Shown one piece after another: positions 45,446-56,013 of a DNA stretch of 64,000 bases. The position numbers and the translations under genes are program-made. Each line of letters opens with the position of its first letter. Position 1 is the stretch's first letter. The DNA is from a virus: IMG/VR virus record IMGVR_UViG_3300045976_000096, positions 48,423 to 112,422 of that record; one strand, 5' to 3'. The notes under the pieces were generated by a model, which was not told the origin of the DNA, made no database searches, and was given only the letters and a program-made list of their open reading frames with translations.

Positions 45446-46378
45446 ATGCCTTTGCTGCGCACCGAAGCCGAGGGTTTGAGCAACAACCAGCTCATCTCCG
45501 GCGTCATCGACGAAATCATCGACCGCGATGATATGTTCGCCATCCTGCCTTTCGTTCGTACCGAAGGCAAGGCGTACATGTACAACCGCGAAAAGACCAA
45601 TGCCGGCGCCGACTGGCTCGACCCGAACGATCCGATCAATGAATCGGCATCGACCTTCCAGGAAGTCGTGGCGAAGCTGCGCATCCTGGCTGGCGACGTG
45701 GACATCGACAAGTTCCTGCAGGCGACCATGAGCGACACCAACAACCAGATGGCGACCCAGATCGCCAAAAAGGCCAAGGGTGTTGCGCGCGCGTTTCATA
45801 TCGCGATGGCCACCGGCGATTCGACCGTGGACCCGAAGGTGTTCGACGGTCTGCCGAAACTGCTGGCTGACGCGCAAGCCTACTCGGCCACGGCCGGCGG
45901 CTCGCAGATCGTCTCGGCTGGCGCCAATGGCAATCCGCTGACGCTGACGATGCTGGACGAACTGTGCGACGCGGTGCCGAACGGCGCCGACGTCATCGTG
46001 ATGCGTCGCGGCACGATCCGCGCCTTCCGCGCCCTGCTGCGCGCCACCTACGGCACCGACGCCGTGATGCAGCAGCTGGAGAACTTCGGTCGCCCGATGC
46101 TGACCCACAACGGCATCCCGGTCATCATGAACGAGTTCCTGGCCGGTAACGAGACCAAGGGTTCCAACAACAACACCTGCTCGGTCTACGCGCTGCGCCT
46201 GAACGAGACGGACGGTCTGCACGGCCTGTACGGCGGCGACAACGCCGGCATCGTGGTCGAGAACATCGGCACGGTGCAAAACAAGGACGCGACGCGCATC
46301 CGTCTGAAGTGGTACACCGGCATGGCCCTGAAGTCGACCCGCTCGATTGCCGGCCTGCAAGGCGTCACCAACATCTAA
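45446..46378 (+). CDS. major capsid protein (HK97 fold)
   Basis: LPF...YNRE...GDVDIDKF...FDGL...GIPV pattern; strong RBS; terminator after. Confidence 0.9.
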   Translation: MPLLRTEAEGLSNNQLISGVIDEIIDRDDMFAILPFVRTEGKAYMYNREKTNAGADWLDPNDPINESASTFQEVVAKLRILAGDVDIDKFLQATMSDTNNQMATQIAKKAKGVARAFHIAMATGDSTVDPKVFDGLPKLLADAQAYSATAGGSQIVSAGANGNPLTLTMLDELCDAVPNGADVIVMRRGTIRAFRALLRATYGTDAVMQQLENFGRPMLTHNGIPVIMNEFLAGNETKGSNNNTCSVYALRLNETDGLHGLYGGDNAGIVVENIGTVQNKDATRIRLKWYTGMALKSTRSIAGLQGVTNI

Positions 46379-46381
46379 TCG

Positions 46382-46438
46382 TTGCGACTCAGTCACGACT
46401 GATTTAGAATGAAAGGCGGGCTTCGGCCCGCCTTTTTC
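46382..46438 (+). promoter_or_regulatory. promoter with operator, overlapping the capsid terminator
   Basis: TTGCGA-17bp-TAGAAT with cagtca-cgac-tgattt; aaggcgggc-ttcg-gcccgccttttt. Confidence 0.7.
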
Positions 46439-46455
46439 ACATTCAAGGACCGAAC

Positions 46456-46908
46456 ATGAAAATCCGCCTGACCCAACCGGGTTATGAATCCTTCACCGGC
46501 CAGATGGGCACGGTGTTCTTCGAGAACGGCCTGTCGACGACCGATGTGCGCCCGAACGACGCCGTGCGCATGGCCGCCCAGTTCCTGTGCGAATGGGAGG
46601 ACGGCAGTACCGCCAGCGTGGCCCAGTCGATCCTGGACCACTCGCATGCGACCGTCCACACGATCGGCGTGGCGCAGAACGCCGACCAGGCCTTGTCCGC
46701 CGAAACCGCGTACGCGGCCCGGCTGGCCGGCGCCGAACTGCAGCCGGATGGCACGGAAGCTCCGGCGCACCGCTATACCGAGGACGAGCTGGCCGCGGTG
46801 GCCGACAAGGATGGCATCAAAGGTCTGCGCGCCATCGCCGACCCGCTCGGCATCAAGGGCAACGCGATCGCCGAGCTGATTCGCGCCATTCTGGCCAGGC
46901 AGGAGTAA
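46456..46908 (+). CDS. head-associated hypothetical protein
   Basis: Position; C-terminal HeH-like motif. Confidence 0.7.
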   Translation: MKIRLTQPGYESFTGQMGTVFFENGLSTTDVRPNDAVRMAAQFLCEWEDGSTASVAQSILDHSHATVHTIGVAQNADQALSAETAYAARLAGAELQPDGTEAPAHRYTEDELAAVADKDGIKGLRAIADPLGIKGNAIAELIRAILARQE

Positions 46909-46911
46909 TCG

Positions 46912-47754
46912 ATGAACGTGTTCTCCGCCGGCACCGACGTGACGATGTATGTGCCGCTCCAGGACGCCAGCGGCAACCTGCTGAACGTCACGGCGGTTCA
47001 GTACCGCGTGGTCGATCAGAATGGCAGCGAACTGGTTGCCAGTACGGCGCTGGATGCCTTCGCGCCTGGCAGTGAGACCGCCGACATCACCGTGCCGGCG
47101 GAGAGCAACGTTCTGGCGGCCGGCAGCGCGCGCGATCTGCGCGCCATCGAGCTGACCTGCGTCATCGACGACGTCAACACGATCGTCCTGCATGCGGCCT
47201 ACGCCATCCAGGTGGCCGACGCGCTGGTGGTCGGCGTCAACTCGTTCGCCACCTTCGTTCAGGCCCACTTCGCGGCGCTGTCGATCCCCGCCCTGGACGC
47301 CTGGAAGGCCGCGTCCGAGCAGGAACAGACCGAGGCCCTGATCGAGGCCAGGTCGCACATCGTCCGGCTCAACTTCGCGCCGCTCAACAGCAACATCAAC
47401 TGGGGCCAGGACAGCCTGAACTTCATCCCCGAGGGCGCGTACGACACCAACTACATCGGCAGCTCGGACATGTTCATGTTCAACGGCAGCCTGGAATTGC
47501 TGCGCCCGGACCAGTTCGCGAAACTGCCGTCGCGCTTCATCGAGGCGCTGATCAAGGCCCAGGTGGCCGAGGCCGATTACATCCTGGGTGGTGGCGACAT
47601 CGAGAAGAAGCGCCAGGATGGTCTGATCATGGACAACATCGGCGAGTCGCGCCAGAGTTTCAGGCAGGGCAAGCCGCTGCAGTTGCCGGTGTGCCGCAAG
47701 GCGCTCGGCTACCTATCCTACTTCGTCACCTTCAAACAACGCATCGGCCGATAA
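46912..47754 (+). CDS. head-tail adaptor/connector
   Basis: Position; NSFAT...W...ALIEA...AQVAEA. Confidence 0.65.
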   Translation: MNVFSAGTDVTMYVPLQDASGNLLNVTAVQYRVVDQNGSELVASTALDAFAPGSETADITVPAESNVLAAGSARDLRAIELTCVIDDVNTIVLHAAYAIQVADALVVGVNSFATFVQAHFAALSIPALDAWKAASEQEQTEALIEARSHIVRLNFAPLNSNINWGQDSLNFIPEGAYDTNYIGSSDMFMFNGSLELLRPDQFAKLPSRFIEALIKAQVAEADYILGGGDIEKKRQDGLIMDNIGESRQSFRQGKPLQLPVCRKALGYLSYFVTFKQRIGR

Positions 47755-48413
47755 TGGAATACGACCGTTTCGCATCCAGCCTGCGCGCCGACTATGCCGG
47801 CTTCGCCGCCAACCTCGTCGCCCGCTACCTGGCCGCAGCCGCCGCCGGGCGCGGGATCGAAGCGGTTTCCGGGTTTCGCGTACAGGGTCTCGCGGACATC
47901 AGCGCGCTCTTGGGGCGCGCCATCGCGCGCACCAACGACTACCTCGCCCCGCTGGGCGCGGCGACCATCACCGACGCGCGCGAGAAGCCCTTCCTGAATC
48001 AGCTGCGCCAGATCGCGCTCAAGAACCTGAACGACCTGATCGTGAAACTCATGGGCGGCGCCGGTCGCATGGCCGACGTCTTCAACCGGCCGGCGGGCGC
48101 CGTCGGCCTGCTGCTGCAAAAGAAGCTGGAAGCGCCGCCGCGCCTGCTTGTCCGCGACCGCGCCGGCCGCGCCTGGCAAGCCGAGACGTTCGTGGCCAGC
48201 CTGGCGCGCGATTTTGCCTACCAGAGCTACCTGGACAGCGTGATCGAGCGCCTGGACGCCGCCGGCGTCGACATGGTGCAGGTGGTCTACCCGGACCCGA
48301 CCCACGAGCACCACGGCATGCCACTCAGGCTCGACGAGGTCGGCCTGATCCGCAAGACCATCTTCCATCCGAATTCCAACGCCACGCTGGTGCCCTATGT
48401 TCAAGCCGAATAA
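47754..48413 (+). CDS. minor head/morphogenesis protein
   Basis: DRAGRAW...FHPNS motif; TAATG overlap. Confidence 0.65.
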   Translation: MEYDRFASSLRADYAGFAANLVARYLAAAAAGRGIEAVSGFRVQGLADISALLGRAIARTNDYLAPLGAATITDAREKPFLNQLRQIALKNLNDLIVKLMGGAGRMADVFNRPAGAVGLLLQKKLEAPPRLLVRDRAGRAWQAETFVASLARDFAYQSYLDSVIERLDAAGVDMVQVVYPDPTHEHHGMPLRLDEVGLIRKTIFHPNSNATLVPYVQAE

Positions 48414-48747
48414 GACCTGCCGCATCCAGCTCGCCTCGGGCAAGAACGACGTGTTCGGCCAGCCGATTCCCGGCCCGTTCGTGACCGAGCGCTGCGCCAT
48501 CGTCAAGCTGGAAGTGTCGAATGAAAAATCCAGCGTGCGCGCCGATTCGTCAGCCACACGCGGCAACGCGATCGAGGAGGAGGTCACGTCGGTGATCCTT
48601 CTGGCCCCGACCACGCGCGCCAACAAGAACGACATCATCGACGTGGCGGGCGTCAAGCTGCGCGTCGTCTTCAAGCACCCGCGCTTCGACGTCGGCGGCC
48701 GTCTGGACCACTACGAGGTGCGCGCAACCATGTGGAGTCAAGAATGA
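48397..48747 (+). CDS. head closure (stopper) protein
   Basis: Position, size, DVFGQP...HYEV. Confidence 0.65.
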   Translation: MFKPNKTCRIQLASGKNDVFGQPIPGPFVTERCAIVKLEVSNEKSSVRADSSATRGNAIEEEVTSVILLAPTTRANKNDIIDVAGVKLRVVFKHPRFDVGGRLDHYEVRATMWSQE

Positions 48748-49133
48748 ACGTCATGCCGCTGGCGAACCTGCTGGAAGGCGCGGGCCTGGCCAAGAAGGGC
48801 GAGACCCTGTTCGTCAACATGCTGCCGGCCGAGGCCAGGCAGGCGGTGCTGCTGAGAAGTCCACTGAATGGCACGCCGATCGACTACGAGCTGCCAGGCT
48901 ACTTCCACGCCCAGTTCACCGTCGTGGTCAGGACGCCGGCTGCCGACTACGAGGCCGGCCTGGAGCTGATCGACAGCGTCACGCAGGCCCTGACCCTGTC
49001 GGAAGCGCAGGTCGAGAACCAGTTCTACAACTACTGCCGCCCGAAAACGCTGCCCGTCACCTTCCCGCTGTCCAAGGGCAACCTGCTGGAAACCTCGATC
49101 CAGTTCGAGGCGAACTACGTGGAGTCGCCGTGA
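48744..49133 (+). CDS. tail terminator/completion protein
   Basis: Position, size. Confidence 0.6.
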   Translation: MNVMPLANLLEGAGLAKKGETLFVNMLPAEARQAVLLRSPLNGTPIDYELPGYFHAQFTVVVRTPAADYEAGLELIDSVTQALTLSEAQVENQFYNYCRPKTLPVTFPLSKGNLLETSIQFEANYVESP

Positions 49134-49606
49134 CCCTCGTCGTCGAAGGCATCCTTGGCGTCGAGCAGATGCTCCTGAACCTGGATACGCAGGGCCGAAA
49201 GCGCGTGGTCAAAAGCCTGTATGCCCAGGCGCTCAAGCTGCGCGACCTGGCCAGGAAGTTCGCCCCGGTCGACGATGGCAACCTGGAAAAGGCCATCCTG
49301 ATTCATCCCGAGAGACTGGAGGGCGCGATCCGCGATGAGCGCGGCCGCTTCGCGCGCCAGGAAATCGAGGTCTACATCGACATGGAGATGCCGGTCCCGG
49401 AGCGCCCCGGCAAGACGGTCGGCGACTATGCCTACGTGGTGCACGAGCATGTCACGCCCTACGGCCCCAAGAATCTCGGCCCGCTATCCGAGCTGAAGCA
49501 GGCCGGCCAGAGTGAAATCGTCGGCGGTGGCTTTCTCGAGCGCGCCGCCGAGGAAATCGAGGAGCAACTCGACGATGTTCTGCTGGACATTCTTCACGAC
49601 TTGTAG
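49130..49606 (+). CDS. HK97 gp10-like tail completion protein
   Basis: APVDDGNLEKAI, YAYVVHE, FLERA. Confidence 0.75.
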   Translation: MTLVVEGILGVEQMLLNLDTQGRKRVVKSLYAQALKLRDLARKFAPVDDGNLEKAILIHPERLEGAIRDERGRFARQEIEVYIDMEMPVPERPGKTVGDYAYVVHEHVTPYGPKNLGPLSELKQAGQSEIVGGGFLERAAEEIEEQLDDVLLDILHDL

Positions 49607-49632
49607 TATTAGCCAAATGGACTGAACTGTGG

Positions 49633-49661
49633 TATAGTCGCCGCTCAGTCATGACTGACTT
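49633..49661 (+). promoter_or_regulatory. extended -10 promoter plus operator
   Basis: TGG-TATAGT then cagtca-tgac-tgactt. Confidence 0.7.
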
Positions 49662-49686
49662 ATTCCCCTTTGCAAAGGAGCTGTAA

Positions 49687-50559
49687 ATGGCAAGTAACAC
49701 CAAGAACGTCAAGCTGGGCGTGTGCAAGGTGATCTACGACGGCGTGGATCTCGGCTACACCCAGGGCGGCGTCGAGGTTTCGGTGAAATCCGAAACCCAC
49801 AAGGTCAATGTCGACCAGTTCGGCAAGACCACGATCAACGAATACATCATGGGGCGCGACGTGACCGCCAAGGCGCCGCTGGCCGAGACGACCATCGACA
49901 ACATGGTCGCGATCATGCCGGGCGCCACGATGTCGACCACGGGCGGCACGGTGGCCACCGGCACCATCACGGTGACGACCAACCCGCTGACCGGCGACAC
50001 CATCATCGTCAACGGCGTGACCCTAACCTTCAAGACCGCGGCCGCGCTGCCGACCGAAGTGACGATCGGCGCCGCCGCCGCCAACACCGCCGCCAACCTG
50101 GCCGCCGTGCTGAACGCCTCGACCCTGCCGGGCCTGGCCGCCGCGTCGTACAGCGCCGCCGCCGCCGTCGTCACCGTCAAGTACGGCAACCAGCTGGTGT
50201 ACGGCACCGCGGGCAACCCGTCGGCCGACGGCAACGCCTTCACGCTGAACGCGGGCACGGCCGGCGCCAAAGTCACCATGTCGGGCGCGACCCTGGCCGG
50301 TGGCGCCGACGCCACCAGCCGCTCGGTGGTCGTGACCTCGGGCACCGGCGTGGACCTGCTGTCGATCGCCAAGGAGCTGCGTCTGCACCCGACCAACAAG
50401 CCGGACACCGACGTGTCGGAAGACTTCGTCATGCCGCTGGCGGCGACCTCGGGCGGCCTGAACTTCGCCTACAAGCTGGAAAACGAGCGTATCTACGACG
50501 TCGAGTTCACCGGCTACCCGGACCCGGTCACTGGCAAGCTGTTCACCGTCGGCGTATAA
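49687..50559 (+). CDS. major tail tube protein with inserted domain
   Basis: LGYTQGGV...VDQFG...PLAE; Thr/Ala-rich insertion. Confidence 0.85.
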   Translation: MASNTKNVKLGVCKVIYDGVDLGYTQGGVEVSVKSETHKVNVDQFGKTTINEYIMGRDVTAKAPLAETTIDNMVAIMPGATMSTTGGTVATGTITVTTNPLTGDTIIVNGVTLTFKTAAALPTEVTIGAAAANTAANLAAVLNASTLPGLAAASYSAAAAVVTVKYGNQLVYGTAGNPSADGNAFTLNAGTAGAKVTMSGATLAGGADATSRSVVVTSGTGVDLLSIAKELRLHPTNKPDTDVSEDFVMPLAATSGGLNFAYKLENERIYDVEFTGYPDPVTGKLFTVGV

Positions 50560-50585
50560 TTCAGTCACCACTGACTAACCCAAGC

Positions 50586-50615
50586 CAGGCCCGCAGTGAT
50601 GCGGGCCTGCTTTTA
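50586..50615 (+). terminator. intrinsic terminator
   Basis: caggcccgca-gtga-tgcgggcctg-ctttt. Confidence 0.75.
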
Positions 50616-50629
50616 TCAAGGACCATCCC

Positions 50630-50953
50630 GTGAAAATCCTGAACCTCGACAAGCTCGACACCAGCACCGGCCGCCAGCTGACCATCGACGGCAAGAATTA
50701 TCCGATCCACTCGATGAGCGTGGAAGACTTCATCGCCACGAGTCGCAAGGTCGACGAAATCATCGAGAAGAACGCCGGCGTGGCCGAGCAGCTGGAATCG
50801 ACCATTGACGCGATTCTGCGTCAGGTGCCGGACCTGTCGCGCGAGAAACTGGCTAAGTTTCCGCCGCAAACGCTGCAGACGATCGTCCAGTTCATCCAGG
50901 GCGAGGACGTCGAGGGCGCCGAGGAAGCCGCGGCCGAGGCAGCGGGAAAGTAG
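50630..50953 (+). CDS. tail assembly chaperone (gpG-like)
   Basis: Between tail tube and tape measure; ends in G GGA AAG TAG. Confidence 0.85.
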   Translation: MKILNLDKLDTSTGRQLTIDGKNYPIHSMSVEDFIATSRKVDEIIEKNAGVAEQLESTIDAILRQVPDLSREKLAKFPPQTLQTIVQFIQGEDVEGAEEAAAEAAGK

Positions 50954-51312
50954 ACGACCCGAAAGTGGAGGAACTCGACTTCGGGTTCTTCTTCTGTCGG
51001 GTCTCCCACTTCTATTCGATGGGTTACGGAGAGGTGATGCGCTTGCCGATTCGTACGTTCTGGCTGATGGCTTCCAACATCGACCGGATCGAAGCCCGCA
51101 AAGACATGCGCGCCATTACCGTCGCCCAGTTCGCCCAGGCGACGCCCGAAGGTGTGCAGCAGTTCCGCGACGCACTGGTGATCGAGGCCGGTTCCATCGT
51201 CAAAATGGACGATACCCCGACCGATCCGCGCGCAGCGAAGCGTGACGATGCCGGTTTCGCCGATTTGCGGCGCATGGCCGGAGAGAGTATTGGATCGCCA
51301 ACAATGAGGTAA
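50944..51312 (+). CDS. tail assembly chaperone gpT part, via -1 frameshift
   Basis: GGGAAAG slippery heptamer 50944-50950; -1 frame is open to 51312. Confidence 0.8.
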   Translation, partial: GKVDDPKVEELDFGFFFCRVSHFYSMGYGEVMRLPIRTFWLMASNIDRIEARKDMRAITVAQFAQATPEGVQQFRDALVIEAGSIVKMDDTPTDPRAAKRDDAGFADLRRMAGESIGSPTMR

Positions 51313-51315
51313 GTC

Positions 51316-54300
51316 ATGCCAGTAGGTAAGGAAATCAAAGTCAGTCTGTCGCTCGACGACAGCGGCTTTTCCGTCAAGGTAAAAGGCGCCGGCCAGGCCG
51401 CGCGTGATCTGCAACGCACCCTTGGCGGCCTTGCCGGGCAAACCGACAAGACCGAGGCTGCGGTTGGCGAACTGGCAAGCAGCTTCAAGGGCTTCACCGA
51501 GAATTTTGGAGCCATGCAAAAGCAGCTGGCGGCGTCGGTTGAAACATTGACCGGCGTCGTCACGCGCAGTTTTACCGACATGTCCGCGCGCACGCGCGCA
51601 AGTACGAAAGAAGCCGAGGATTCGGCCACCCGCCAGATCAACGCGCGCGAGCGCGTGCTGCGCAACGAAATCGACACCAACCGCAAGCTGATGGAGTCGC
51701 GTACCAAGATGTACGCTGACCTCAAGCGCGCCGAGAACGACGCTGTCAACCGCGCGCTGGCCGCGAAAAACGCAATCGACGCGCGTCGCGATTCCTACAT
51801 GAAGGCGCCGATCGGCTCGCCCGGCGCCAGCTATTCCAGCTATGCGGCCGACACCGAGGCGCTCCAGAAGGAAGTCGCGCTGCATGAGCGCAACGCCGCC
51901 GTCATTGGCCAGGAGGCTGCCAAGGCAAGTCAGCTGATCGCTGTCATGCGCGAGGAGCAGGCTGTGCGCAATGCCGGCCTGGGCGCGTTGCAGAAGGAAC
52001 GCGAGATGGCCAGCGTCACCGCGGCCATCGCCAAGTCGAACGCCGCCGAGGTTGCGCGCGTCAAGCAAATTGCCGCCGCGCGCGCCGCGCAGGCGGCGAG
52101 AGACGAGCAAAAGGGCGCGGAGGACGCTGCGCGCCTGGCCAAGCAGCTCTCCAACGAGCAGGTCGCCGGCAAGCGCGCCGAGGAGGCGGAAAAAACCCGT
52201 ATCGCCCGCGAGGCGGCGGCTGAACGCGCCCGCATCGCGCGCATGGAGGCGGAGCAGCAGCGCCGCGAAATGAAAGCCGTCGCCGACATGTGGAAGGGCA
52301 TGGCGGCGATGTATTCCGGCGCCAAGATCAGCGGCGGGCTGATAGCCGGCATCAAGGAAGCCGACGATTACGAGCGCGTCATGGAGCGCATGCGCGCCAT
52401 GAACATCGACGGCGCGCAGGGTCAGCGCAACACGCTGGCAATGGCCAAGCGCGTACAGGACGAAAACCCGAACATCTCCAAGACCGAGGCGCTGAAAGTC
52501 ACGCTGGCAACCACTGCCGGCGCGGTCACGACCGATCCGGCCATTGTCGGCCGCGTGGTGCCGGAAATCGCCAAGTTCACCACCGTCATGACCCGCCTGT
52601 TCCCCGAACAGGCGCACAACATCGAGCAGTTCACGCAGAACATGATGGGCGTGATGGAGGCGCGCGGCATCGCCAAAGACCCCGACAAGATGATCGCGGC
52701 GCTTGACAACCTGGCGCGCGCCCTGATTCTCACGCAGGGCAAAATCTCGGTGCAGGATTACGAGACGCTGTCGCGCCGCGGTGGCGCCGGCAATGCGCTG
52801 TTCAAAAACGACGAGTCGATCCTGTACGACGTCGCGGCGGCCAGCCAGCTCAAGTCGATGGGCGGTGGCGGCGGCGGTGGCGCGGGCGGCGTGTCGAGCT
52901 ATGCGACCATGATGCGTCAGGCCTCCAAGCGCGCGCAGGGTGGCGTCATGGAGAAGAAAAGCGCACTGGAAAATCTGGTGGAATTCGGCGTCATCGACAA
53001 GGATGAGCTGATGGCCGCCAACGGCAACAAGCCGATCACCCGCAATGGCAAGACGGTGCCATATGTCGGCGCCGAGAAGGCCGCCGACAACATGACGCTG
53101 TTCGCGATGGAATTCGCGGAAAAGATCAAGGCCAAGCTGGCCAAGCTGCCCGAGTCGGATACCCGCTTCTTCGCCAAGGGCGCCGACCGCAAGGACGACC
53201 TGGTGCAGGCCAAGGCGTACGGCCGCTGGCTTGACCAGTCGATCGGCAACACCAGCGCCAACGAGTTCTACAAGATGTTCGCCACCCACGGCGCGCAGGA
53301 GCGCATTCAGGCCGAGGTGGGCGCGGCCAAGAACGCGGAAAGCTATGGCGAGACCCAGAAAAAGGCGATGGAGTCGTGGGGCCTGGCCACCGACAAGATG
53401 GTCACGTCGGTCAAGAACCTTGGCAACACGATCGGCACGGCCCTGATTCCAGTCCTGCAGCCAGTGGTGGAATGGGTCACGAAGCTGACCGCCGACTTCG
53501 GCAAGTTCCTTGAGGAGAGCAATAACGGCTTGGCCGCGCTGACTGGAATCACGGCCGGCTTCAACGGCGTGATGTTGAGCGTGCGCGGCTTCGCGTCCAT
53601 GTTCGGCGCCCTCGGCCTGACCAAGCTGATCAAGGAACTGATCGGTGTTGGCGGCGGCCTGGGCAGCGCGCTGAAAATCCCGTTCGTGTCACTGGAAAGC
53701 TGGGCCAACTTCAAAATTCTGGTCAGCAACTTTGGCACGGCGATCGGCTCGGTGATGTCGAAAATCCCCGGCGTGGCCTCCGTGATGGGTCTGCTGACCA
53801 AGCACCTTGGCGCCGGCAGCCTGGCGTTCCGCGCCCTGGGCATGAGCGTGAAAAACCTTGGCTCGGTGATGATCGCGTTCGACATCGGCTACATGATCGG
53901 CACCTGGCTGTCGACCGTGAAGGTGGCCGGCGTCACCATCGGCGACCATGTGACCAACATGTTCACCCGAATCGAGGTTGCGCTCAAGCGCCTGATGATG
54001 GGCACCGAAGGCACCATGCTCAAGGTGCGCAACTTCCTGCACATCGACAGCGACGACGAAACCAAGAAGGCTACCGCCGACCTCGAGGCGCGCAAGAAGG
54101 CGCTCGACGAATACGCCAAGTTCATGATCGTCACCGAGGAGGACGTGAACAAGCGCGAGGCTGCCGCCACCGCGAAAGCTGCCGCCGACCGCGAAAAGGC
54201 CGCGGCGAAGGCGCGGATGGAGAAGGAGAAGAATAAGAAGAACGGGGCGCTTGGCGACTCGGGTCAGGATGAAAGCGAAGCCGATACCGGCACCGTCAAC

Positions 54301-56013
54301 ACCAAGGGCCTGTTCAAGGATACCGAGCGGCCGGATCGCGACCCGCTGGGCGCCGCGCTTGCCGCCGCCGAGGGCAAGGTCAACGAGCAGAAGGAAAAGC
54401 TGGGCGCGATCATCGCTGGCGCCGAGACCCTGGATTCGCTGCGACGCCAGGCCGCCGCGCGCATCGAGGGCAAGCGCATGGCGGACGACTACTCCGTTCT
54501 GCACCTGGCCAAGAATCGCCCGGCCGCCGACGACGCGCGCATCACCCAGCTGAAAGAGGCGACGTATCAGGAACTTCTGCTGACCGAGCAGACCAAGGCG
54601 CTCGACTTCGCCAAGCAGCGCGTGGCCGCGTCGACGCAGGAGGCTGATGCCGCAATGCAGCGCGTGGCGGACGCGGGCGCCCCGAAAGAGACCGACGCGT
54701 TCCGCGCGCTGAATCGCGAGCTGGAGCGCGCAGAGGTGCGTCTTGGCGCCGGCGCCCAGTCGTTCGACCGTTGGGCGGCAGCGAAGGCGCGCGCCCTGTT
54801 CGAGCAGTCCCGCGCCGACGCCGGCAACTATACGGCCGACCTGCACCAGTCCAACGACAAGAGCAAGATCGACTTGCAGGACACCGACCGGGAGCGCATC
54901 GAGGCCGAGCTGGCCGTCACGCGCAACCTGGAGGAGCAGAAGTACAAGGTGCGCAGCGATACGCTGGCCAAGAGCGCCAAGGATGCGCGCGACGCCGCAA
55001 TCAAGGAAGCCTACGCCTACGGCCCGCCCACCAAGGCCGCGCTGGAGGAAGTGACCAAGATCGACCGCGAGAACCAGGAAGCGCGCGACGCCCTGGATGC
55101 TGAATACGCCGAGCGTCGCCGCTTGCGCATCCTGGAGGAAGGGCGCGCGCGCGAAACCGCCATGCAGAAGCAGGCGCGCGAATGGAAGGACGTGGGCAAG
55201 CAGATGGACGACGTTGGCGCGCGCGCGGGCGAGAACTTCGTCGGCATGCTGACCTCCTCCCTCGGCACCGGCCGTATCGAGTTCGGCAAGTTCGTCAAGG
55301 ACGTGCTGGCCGACATCGCCAACGTCCAGCTGAAATCCGCCATCGCCGACCCGATGAACGCGATCATCCAGCAGGGCACCGACTGGATCAAGGAAAACCT
55401 GTTCGGCATGACCAAGGACATGAGCGCGGCGACCGCAGCGACAGCCAAGGCTGCGGCGGACACCAACGCGGCTGCGGCGTCGACCACCATGGCCGGCGTC
55501 ATCTACGGCGAGGTGATCCCGGCGCTGCACATGATGACGGCCAAGGCGTCCGGTGGCAGCGTCGGCAGCCTGTTCGGCGGCAGCACCTTCGACTACGCGG
55601 GCGCCGCCGGCGCAGCTGAAGCGAGCACCTCGACCGGTTCCATCGCCGAGTTCATGTTCGCCAACGGCGGCATCATGACCAGCATGGGACCGATGCAGCT
55701 GCGCAAGTACGCCAATGGCGGCGTCGCCAACAGCCCGCAGGTGGCCGTCTACGGCGAAGCCGGCCCGGAAGCCTACGTTCCGCTGCCGGACGGCCGCACG
55801 ATCCCGGTCACGATGAACGTCAAGGGCGCCGGCCAGCAACAGGCGCAGGCGCCGGCGGTGCAGGTCAATGTGATCAACCAGACGTCCAGCTCGGTCAACG
55901 CCAGCCAGGGCCAGCCGCGTTTTGACGGCAAGCAGATGATTCTCGATGTGGTGCTGACGGCGGCATCCCAGCCCGGCACCTTCCGCTCCGGCATGAAAGA
56001 GGCAATGAAATAA
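51316..56013 (+). CDS. tail tape measure protein
   Basis: 1565 aa helical Ala-rich; FANGG...GEAGPEA C-terminus. Confidence 0.93.
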   Translation: MPVGKEIKVSLSLDDSGFSVKVKGAGQAARDLQRTLGGLAGQTDKTEAAVGELASSFKGFTENFGAMQKQLAASVETLTGVVTRSFTDMSARTRASTKEAEDSATRQINARERVLRNEIDTNRKLMESRTKMYADLKRAENDAVNRALAAKNAIDARRDSYMKAPIGSPGASYSSYAADTEALQKEVALHERNAAVIGQEAAKASQLIAVMREEQAVRNAGLGALQKEREMASVTAAIAKSNAAEVARVKQIAAARAAQAARDEQKGAEDAARLAKQLSNEQVAGKRAEEAEKTRIAREAAAERARIARMEAEQQRREMKAVADMWKGMAAMYSGAKISGGLIAGIKEADDYERVMERMRAMNIDGAQGQRNTLAMAKRVQDENPNISKTEALKVTLATTAGAVTTDPAIVGRVVPEIAKFTTVMTRLFPEQAHNIEQFTQNMMGVMEARGIAKDPDKMIAALDNLARALILTQGKISVQDYETLSRRGGAGNALFKNDESILYDVAAASQLKSMGGGGGGGAGGVSSYATMMRQASKRAQGGVMEKKSALENLVEFGVIDKDELMAANGNKPITRNGKTVPYVGAEKAADNMTLFAMEFAEKIKAKLAKLPESDTRFFAKGADRKDDLVQAKAYGRWLDQSIGNTSANEFYKMFATHGAQERIQAEVGAAKNAESYGETQKKAMESWGLATDKMVTSVKNLGNTIGTALIPVLQPVVEWVTKLTADFGKFLEESNNGLAALTGITAGFNGVMLSVRGFASMFGALGLTKLIKELIGVGGGLGSALKIPFVSLESWANFKILVSNFGTAIGSVMSKIPGVASVMGLLTKHLGAGSLAFRALGMSVKNLGSVMIAFDIGYMIGTWLSTVKVAGVTIGDHVTNMFTRIEVALKRLMMGTEGTMLKVRNFLHIDSDDETKKATADLEARKKALDEYAKFMIVTEEDVNKREAAATAKAAADREKAAAKARMEKEKNKKNGALGDSGQDESEADTGTVNTKGLFKDTERPDRDPLGAALAAAEGKVNEQKEKLGAIIAGAETLDSLRRQAAARIEGKRMADDYSVLHLAKNRPAADDARITQLKEATYQELLLTEQTKALDFAKQRVAASTQEADAAMQRVADAGAPKETDAFRALNRELERAEVRLGAGAQSFDRWAAAKARALFEQSRADAGNYTADLHQSNDKSKIDLQDTDRERIEAELAVTRNLEEQKYKVRSDTLAKSAKDARDAAIKEAYAYGPPTKAALEEVTKIDRENQEARDALDAEYAERRRLRILEEGRARETAMQKQAREWKDVGKQMDDVGARAGENFVGMLTSSLGTGRIEFGKFVKDVLADIANVQLKSAIADPMNAIIQQGTDWIKENLFGMTKDMSAATAATAKAAADTNAAAASTTMAGVIYGEVIPALHMMTAKASGGSVGSLFGGSTFDYAGAAGAAEASTSTGSIAEFMFANGGIMTSMGPMQLRKYANGGVANSPQVAVYGEAGPEAYVPLPDGRTIPVTMNVKGAGQQQAQAPAVQVNVINQTSSSVNASQGQPRFDGKQMILDVVLTAASQPGTFRSGMKEAMK

